Part shown: in pieces, positions 35,951 through 40,551 of the stretch
How the letters are laid out: every line of letters begins with the position of its first letter
How positions within the stretch are numbered: position 1 is the first letter of the stretch
IMG/VR virus record: IMGVR_UViG_3300044477_000075
Span: 1-40,551 of that record
Source: a virus
Taxonomy: Duplodnaviria; Caudoviricetes
Reading direction: 5' to 3' (one strand)
DNA: 40,551 bases
Program-made: the position numbers and the translations under genes
Notes under the pieces: generated by a model
The model's input: only the letters and a program-made list of their open reading frames with translations
Databases searched by the model: none
What the model was told of the DNA's origin: nothing

Positions 35951-36562
35951 TCATTTTTCCTCCACAATAAGTTTTGCCTCTGTTATCGCCTTTGCCCCTT
36001 CAATCATTGCCTTTACATCACCGCTAATATTAATAACCACCTTTTGCTCATCCGTTTCCTTTTTAACCTCACCCACATACAGCATTTCTCGATCCTTATA
36101 AGCCGTCAATAAATCCGCCGTCTTTACTTTAGGCGTAGACGAACGCTCTCCGGTAGAAATAGCCTTATCCGCATTCCACGCTTCCTTTAGCTCCATCGTA
36201 AGGCATTCCCGGTCCGCTAACAACGTATCCCTATCCGTAGAGTACACCTTTTTATACGCCTCAATGCGTTTTAAGACACGTTCGTCGGCCATCAAGTCCT
36301 TTACCCTATCCCACGGCTTCTTAGTGCTTGCAACTCGTCTATACGCTTTAGCCAACTCTTTTACACTTGGATTTTCAATGTGCATCTTAGCCACTTCACG
36401 GGCAAACGCATCCGCTTTATACGTTATGTTATTAACCCTTCCACCAACAATACGTCTATCTGGATACGCTTGACCCGTCTGCAAACGGTGTAATTCCAAC
36501 ACCTTATACTCTTCCTCGGTCAATTCAACCGACTTTTTCCCCTCATTAAACTCATCACTCAT
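35951..36562 (-). CDS. Putative terminase small subunit
   Basis: AKAYRR...DLMADERVLKRI helix pattern; upstream of TerL. Confidence 0.55.
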   Translation of the reverse strand: MSDEFNEGKKSVELTEEEYKVLELHRLQTGQAYPDRRIVGGRVNNITYKADAFAREVAKMHIENPSVKELAKAYRRVASTKKPWDRVKDLMADERVLKRIEAYKKVYSTDRDTLLADRECLTMELKEAWNADKAISTGERSSTPKVKTADLLTAYKDREMLYVGEVKKETDEQKVVINISGDVKAMIEGAKAITEAKLIVEEK

Positions 36563-36743
36563 ATACTTTCCTCGCTATATACTTATCTACCGACACATCC
36601 TTACGGCCACCACCAGTACGTTTCCTATTCAAAATACAATCCTTTTCCTTTCGCCACTCGCTCCGCATGGCATCCACTTCAGCATTCTTTAAATACGTTC
36701 CGCCTTTAAACAAATGCCACGGGCTTTTATTCATTACTAGCAC
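36555..36743 (-). CDS. Hypothetical basic protein
   Basis: Overlaps the start of the putative TerS. Confidence 0.5.
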   Translation of the reverse strand: MLVMNKSPWHLFKGGTYLKNAEVDAMRSEWRKEKDCILNRKRTGGGRKDVSVDKYIARKVYE

Positions 36744-36833
36744 CGTCCCTTCGGATTCTTCGGCTTCTTCTTCATCTTATTCACCACCTTTTTATATTTA
36801 TGTATATTTTTTCTATTTTCATTTCACACAAAA

Positions 36834-36863
36834 ACTATACAATACCTTGATACTTTTTGTCAA
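36834..36863 (-). promoter_or_regulatory. sigma70-like promoter TTGACA-N18-TATAGT at the head of the late operon
   Basis: Read directly; the spacer is longer than consensus. Confidence 0.5.
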
Positions 36864-37421
36864 CCAACTTTTCTTATTAAGAATCATTACTATATAATGT
36901 ATACAACCGTTTACTTCATAAATTGAATTAATCAATCTTTGAACTATTCACATTTTTAATTATTCTTAATTTGAACTAAAAAATATTTTATAAATTTTTA
37001 AACACTTACCATTTAACTTTTTTTAATTTAACTTAAACATTGTGGGAAAACTAGGAGGAGGTATATAACATATTATTGTAGTGTGCAGGGTGGTGGAGTG
37101 GCCTATCTTTTTGGACGTTACACACACTATATATTGCAATGTATGCAGTTTGTGTACATGAATTAGTTAACATAACGTGTGTATAATCAGTGTGTTCAAT
37201 GAATACCGTTGTATATCAATGATATTGTAAAATTGAATAGTTAACATAATCTTTATTATAGGACGTTTGCTGTATTCTTGCGTGATTTAATGCGTGATTG
37301 GTTGGTATAGGTGAAACTGAGGTCATGCAGACGTTAGGTAGACAGCCTCTGTTTGCGCTATTTTATATTATTTAATCCGTTTGTATTGTTTTACGCCGTT
37401 TTATACTGTTTGCTTTGTTTG

Positions 37422-37448
37422 CACTGTATTCACTGTATTCACTGTATT
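37422..37448. repeat. CACTGTATT x3 tandem repeat
   Basis: Read directly in the large non-coding region. Confidence 0.9.
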
Positions 37449-37823
37449 GTGTTAAACCAACGTTACGACTAACCGTGTTATTTACCACCGTAGTACGTGT
37501 CTTTACTCGACGTAAGCGTATGAAGGATGTTTGTCACCGACGCATACAGCGCGTACAAACTCATACAACGTCTAAAGACTGTCAAGACTGGTTTTATTAT
37601 ATGTATTAAAATAAGTGTTGTCAATGACTAATTTCTGGCAGTTTTTGAATTTGTTTAATTTATAAGCAAATAAATCTTTTTATTGAGTGCTTAAAATACG
37701 TGTGTTTTGATATAAGTTAAGCATAGGTTAAGTGAGGCGTTCTTGTTGTGGCGTTATTGCTAAAGTGAGACGTTTGTGCTTATCTGTGTTCAGGAATATT
37801 CTTTGTTTACGTTGTTTGTATCT

Positions 37824-37839
37824 TGGCATACGTCTTGCA
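37824..37839 (+). promoter_or_regulatory. sigma54 (RpoN) -24/-12 promoter
   Basis: TGGCATACGTCTTGCA fits TGGCA-N6-TTGCW with GG-N10-GC spacing, 35 bp before the first plus-strand ATG. Confidence 0.72.
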
Positions 37840-37873
37840 TTACACTAGGCATCAAACGAATGGAGGTCACAAA

Positions 37874-38083
37874 ATGAACCGCTTACTCGAAATCATAAAA
37901 GAAAACCCGGACGTAACAGATCGTATCTTAGCCTTGCGCCAGTATGTAGCAGATCAGCCACAGTTTTCGCCCATCATGCACACTTATATTAATGCTATTC
38001 AGAAGGTAATGCTTCGACGGTCAGTATTGGAACGCTCGCACAATAGCTTTTACGCTTGGTTAAGCCAGGCACAACAAAATTAA
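37874..38083 (+). CDS. Hypothetical protein, first gene of the plus-strand block
   Basis: GGAGG RBS before ATG 37874; the track start at 37823 lies within the promoter. Confidence 0.7.
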   Translation: MNRLLEIIKENPDVTDRILALRQYVADQPQFSPIMHTYINAIQKVMLRRSVLERSHNSFYAWLSQAQQN

Positions 38084-38096
38084 AGGGGGATTTAAA

Positions 38097-38930
38097 ATGA
38101 ATGTGAACGAGGTTATCACACAAAGATTTTTAGATAGCTTGGAAAAGGGAATTGTACCATGGAAAAAGCCGTGGTCTTGCTCGAAAGGGGGAATTAACTT
38201 CAACACAATTAAGGAGTATAAAGGCATTAACCGCATTTTAACGGGAATGTCGGGTTTTTCATCGCCTTACTGGTTGACGTTTAAACAAGTTGGAGAACGT
38301 GAAGGATCAGTCAAGGCAGGAAGCAAAGGGACGCCGATTATATTTTTTACCAAGGGAAAGAACGAGGATGAAGAAAAAACATGGTCAGTCATGCGCTATT
38401 ATACGGTCTTTAACGCCGAACAGATTAACGGAATTGAGTTCCCCGCCACAATAGCAGGGAATAAGGAAAAAGAACCAATTGAAACAGCGGAAAAAATTAT
38501 AGATGGTTTTGTTGGCCGTCCCGAAATTAATTTTGGAGGAAATAAAGCTTGTTATGTTCCCGCGTTAGATATTATTAAATTGCCTACAAAAAACACCTTT
38601 TTAAGCTCCGAACACTATTACAATACGTTTTTTCGCGAGCTAGTTCATTCCACAGGACACACAAACCGCTTAAACCGCGAGGGAGTATCTAAAAACATAC
38701 ATTTTGGAAGCGATACATACAGTAAAGAGGAATTAGTCGCTGAAATTGGAGCGTCTTTTCTTTGCAATGAGTCCGGCATACTTGACCAAACTATCGAAAA
38801 CAGCGAAGCTTATATCCAAAATTGGACTAAGCATTTAAAAGAAAACGCTAATTGGATAATTTCAGCAGCAGCAAGGGCTCAAAAAGGGTATGATTGGATA
38901 ATGGGCAGGCGAACGGATTTAACCGCCTAG
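38097..38930 (+). CDS. ardC: ArdC-like antirestriction protein (ssDNA-binding plus zincin-like domain)
   Basis: PWKKPW, YKGIN, WLTFKQ, YTVFNAEQ, ACYVPALDII, RELVHSTGH, YSKEELVAE, AYIQNW. Confidence 0.88.
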   Translation: MNVNEVITQRFLDSLEKGIVPWKKPWSCSKGGINFNTIKEYKGINRILTGMSGFSSPYWLTFKQVGEREGSVKAGSKGTPIIFFTKGKNEDEEKTWSVMRYYTVFNAEQINGIEFPATIAGNKEKEPIETAEKIIDGFVGRPEINFGGNKACYVPALDIIKLPTKNTFLSSEHYYNTFFRELVHSTGHTNRLNREGVSKNIHFGSDTYSKEELVAEIGASFLCNESGILDQTIENSEAYIQNWTKHLKENANWIISAAARAQKGYDWIMGRRTDLTA

Positions 38931-39001
38931 AGTCGCATCCTTGAAGGTATTTAAGGCATTACAAACATAGTCGTCGGACCATAAACGTGGGGGGGATATA
39001 A

Positions 39002-39211
39002 ATGAAAAATGATTGTTGCCGAAATTATAGGCAATCAAGCCAAGAACAAGAGCGAATTATAAACAAACGAATTAATGAGTTTCACGGTGATTTTTCCAAA
39101 GGTACAGTTAAAATAGACGAAAAAGGACAAGTCTCGGCTATGATATATCCAATTGGTCGTGTTTTTGTTGGTTGGGATATAGATGTCATGAAAGAACTAA
39201 AAATTATTTAA
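39002..39211 (+). CDS. Hypothetical protein
   Basis: G-rich RBS before ATG. Confidence 0.65.
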   Translation: MKNDCCRNYRQSSQEQERIINKRINEFHGDFSKGTVKIDEKGQVSAMIYPIGRVFVGWDIDVMKELKII

Positions 39212-39290
39212 TCTCAGAGCATGCGCCGCGAGGCGTATAATGAGGCAATCCGGTTGCAAGCCCGGATACATTAACAGGGGGTACGCGATA

Positions 39291-39461
39291 ATGAGAGTTT
39301 GGATCATGGCCAGCGACAAAGAGGAACGTTTAACCACACTTAAAGAGTATTTCATGGCTAAACCACAAGTACGAGACTTTGTTAATACACAAAAGTTGTA
39401 TCATTCGCGCAACGGAGTTAAAATTAAAACTAAAGTGTTTAAAGGAGAGTACCTAAAATGA
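39291..39461 (+). CDS. Hypothetical protein (start re-called to MRVWIM...)
   Basis: AGGGGG RBS before ATG 39291; the upstream sequence is two hairpins. Confidence 0.55.
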   Translation: MRVWIMASDKEERLTTLKEYFMAKPQVRDFVNTQKLYHSRNGVKIKTKVFKGEYLK

Positions 39462-39721
39462 GTGACACAATCACATTTGAACGCTCTAAACTTATTGAAA
39501 TGCGAGACAATTATCTATTAGCAGTGGAACGCGGAAAGAAATACAGGCAAGATGCTTATGGAATGCCGGAAAATAACGATGCAGAAAGACGGTCCAAAAG
39601 GTTAACGCTTGAAATGTACGAACATAGTATAGGCAAGGCGCAGGGATTAGCAGAGGGTATTGAGGAATTATTTTTCATTGTTGACGGTAAATATCCTCTA
39701 ATTACAGTTAAGGGGGCTTAA
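39458..39721 (+). CDS. Hypothetical protein
   Basis: AAGGAG RBS; ATGA coupling. Confidence 0.7.
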   Translation: MSDTITFERSKLIEMRDNYLLAVERGKKYRQDAYGMPENNDAERRSKRLTLEMYEHSIGKAQGLAEGIEELFFIVDGKYPLITVKGA

Positions 39722-39723
39722 TT

Positions 39724-39801
39724 ATGAAATATATTTGGTACATAGCGAAGTTTATTCTTTGGTGTTATTTATTTTATATCCTTTATATCATGGCAGCTTA
39801 A
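39724..39801 (+). CDS. 25-aa hydrophobic peptide
   Basis: AGGGGG RBS; MKYIWYIAKFILWCYLFYILYIMAA. Confidence 0.5.
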   Translation: MKYIWYIAKFILWCYLFYILYIMAA

Positions 39802-39807
39802 TTAGTT

Positions 39808-39999
39808 TCACCTCGCGTGTGTATTCACTCTGTTTAAGTGTTTGCTTAAGTATTCCTTGTTCATGCTCGCAAAGTATTTAGCTTGGTGTTCCGTATCGAA
39901 TACGTCTACTAAATTGCTTTGTTTATCCTTTACAGTCCATTTATTTGTTCGTTCATTGTGTTCAATCCAAAGATTGTTAATGCTTATTTTTTTAGACAT
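39808..39999 (-). CDS. Hypothetical protein
   Basis: AGGAGG RBS; WTVK...VFDTEHQAK. Confidence 0.65.
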   Translation of the reverse strand: MSKKISINNLWIEHNERTNKWTVKDKQSNLVDVFDTEHQAKYFASMNKEYLSKHLNRVNTHAR

Positions 40000-40183
40000 T
40001 TTTCCTCCTATGTTGCGTATCTAATTAAATCATCTACCATTTGTTCACCCTTTGTTGGTGTGCGCGGAGGCTTAGGTACTGGTGATTTGTACTCAGCAGC
40101 GTTTGCTAGTCTATCCAAGTTTTGCCTAAACATACCAGTTGGTACAAACTTAGATTTTGGCAATGGCCACGCTTTGTGTTTAG

Positions 40184-40384
40184 TCATGGTTTAATCACCT
40201 CCGCTTTAATACATTTGGTACAACGTTTATTTTCTAGAGGATTTTCAAAATCATCAATTAACTTCAAGTCAACGTTAAATAAGTTACAATAATTCCAATC
40301 ATCTCTAAAACGGCAATTGTCTCCGCAATATTTCCCAGTCTCGTCCGTTTCAATTATACCCTCAACTAAAACTTTACGTTTCAT
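40184..40384 (-). CDS. Small Cys-rich protein
   Basis: CGDNC...CNLF...RCTKC; AGGGGG RBS. Confidence 0.65.
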   Translation of the reverse strand: MKRKVLVEGIIETDETGKYCGDNCRFRDDWNYCNLFNVDLKLIDDFENPLENKRCTKCIKAEVIKP

Positions 40385-40538
40385 ACTTCCCCCTTTGCTT
40401 TTTATTTTTCTTTTTCACTTCGTCCGGTTTAATTTCCTTGTAGCAATTTACGCAATACATTTCACCGCGTGCGTGTAAACGTTTGAATGCGTCTACAGTC
40501 TTTTGCATAACTGGTAAACCACATTTAAAGCATATCAT
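40374..40538 (-). CDS. Small zinc-finger protein (54 aa) beginning in the terminal repeat
   Basis: MICFKCG...YCVNC; on the circle its start overlaps the end of 91..285. Confidence 0.6.
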   Translation of the reverse strand: MICFKCGLPVMQKTVDAFKRLHARGEMYCVNCYKEIKPDEVKKKNKKQRGKYET

Positions 40539-40551
40539 AACGCAACTCGGA
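40435..40551. repeat. Terminal direct repeat, copy 2
   Basis: Identical to 1-117. Confidence 0.95.

Noticed and set aside
421-36897. Plus-strand ORFs of the track in this span, and minus-strand ORFs nested in longer genes (e.g. 10059..10250, 13706..13999, 29039..29275, 32257..32442)
   Set aside because: They are shadows of well-supported genes and show no recognisable motifs.
37415-37609. 64-aa plus-strand ORF in the non-coding region
   Set aside because: TTG start, no RBS, begins in a tandem repeat and lies upstream of the sigma54-type promoter.
39213-39267. Hammerhead ribozyme or tRNA
   Set aside because: No CUGAUGA/GAAA core and no cloverleaf or T-loop consensus.
40435-40551. Biological terminal repeat of the virion DNA
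   Set aside because: It falls inside coding sequence next to a tandem repeat and has a k-mer-like length, so assembly overlap is more likely; reads are needed to decide.
1-40551. Stop-codon reassignment
   Set aside because: Core genes are full length in the standard code, all three stops end genes at plausible positions, and most gaps are filled by ORFs under 60 aa.

Overview
The window is an apparently complete ~40.4 kb tailed dsDNA phage genome assembled as a circle: bases 1-117 are identical to 40435-40551. The layout is podovirus-like, with no tape measure or sheath gene. Most genes are on the minus strand. The late block runs putative TerS, FmdB-like zinc ribbon, TerL, portal, scaffold, major capsid, decoration proteins, adaptor, nozzle, fibre, ejection proteins and a lysis block (M15-like endolysin, membrane proteins, permuted NlpC/P60). 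It is followed by many small early ORFs, a ribbon-helix-helix regulator, ERF recombinase, NinB-like and Lar-like genes, two HNH nucleases, a DUF559-like nuclease, a lambda O-like initiator with internal iterons, DnaB, and a DUF6745-like operon with a tetrapeptide-repeat ORF. A short plus-strand block (ArdC-like gene and small ORFs) starts at a sigma54-type promoter. I recognised no integrase, CI repressor, tRNA, CRISPR array or reverse transcriptase. The most unusual observations are: (1) four late genes with virion-type domains carry Sec-like signal peptides, including an exported paralogue of the neighbouring decoration protein and a tailspike-like beta-helix inside the lysis block; (2) the DUF6745-like operon and its 12-nt repeat ORF with mostly non-synonymous variation; (3) a kissing-loop leader over the RBS of the replication operon; (4) a promoter-plus-terminator sRNA candidate with an anti-Shine-Dalgarno loop; (5) the sigma54-type promoter. 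All family calls are by-eye motif recognition; no searches were run.
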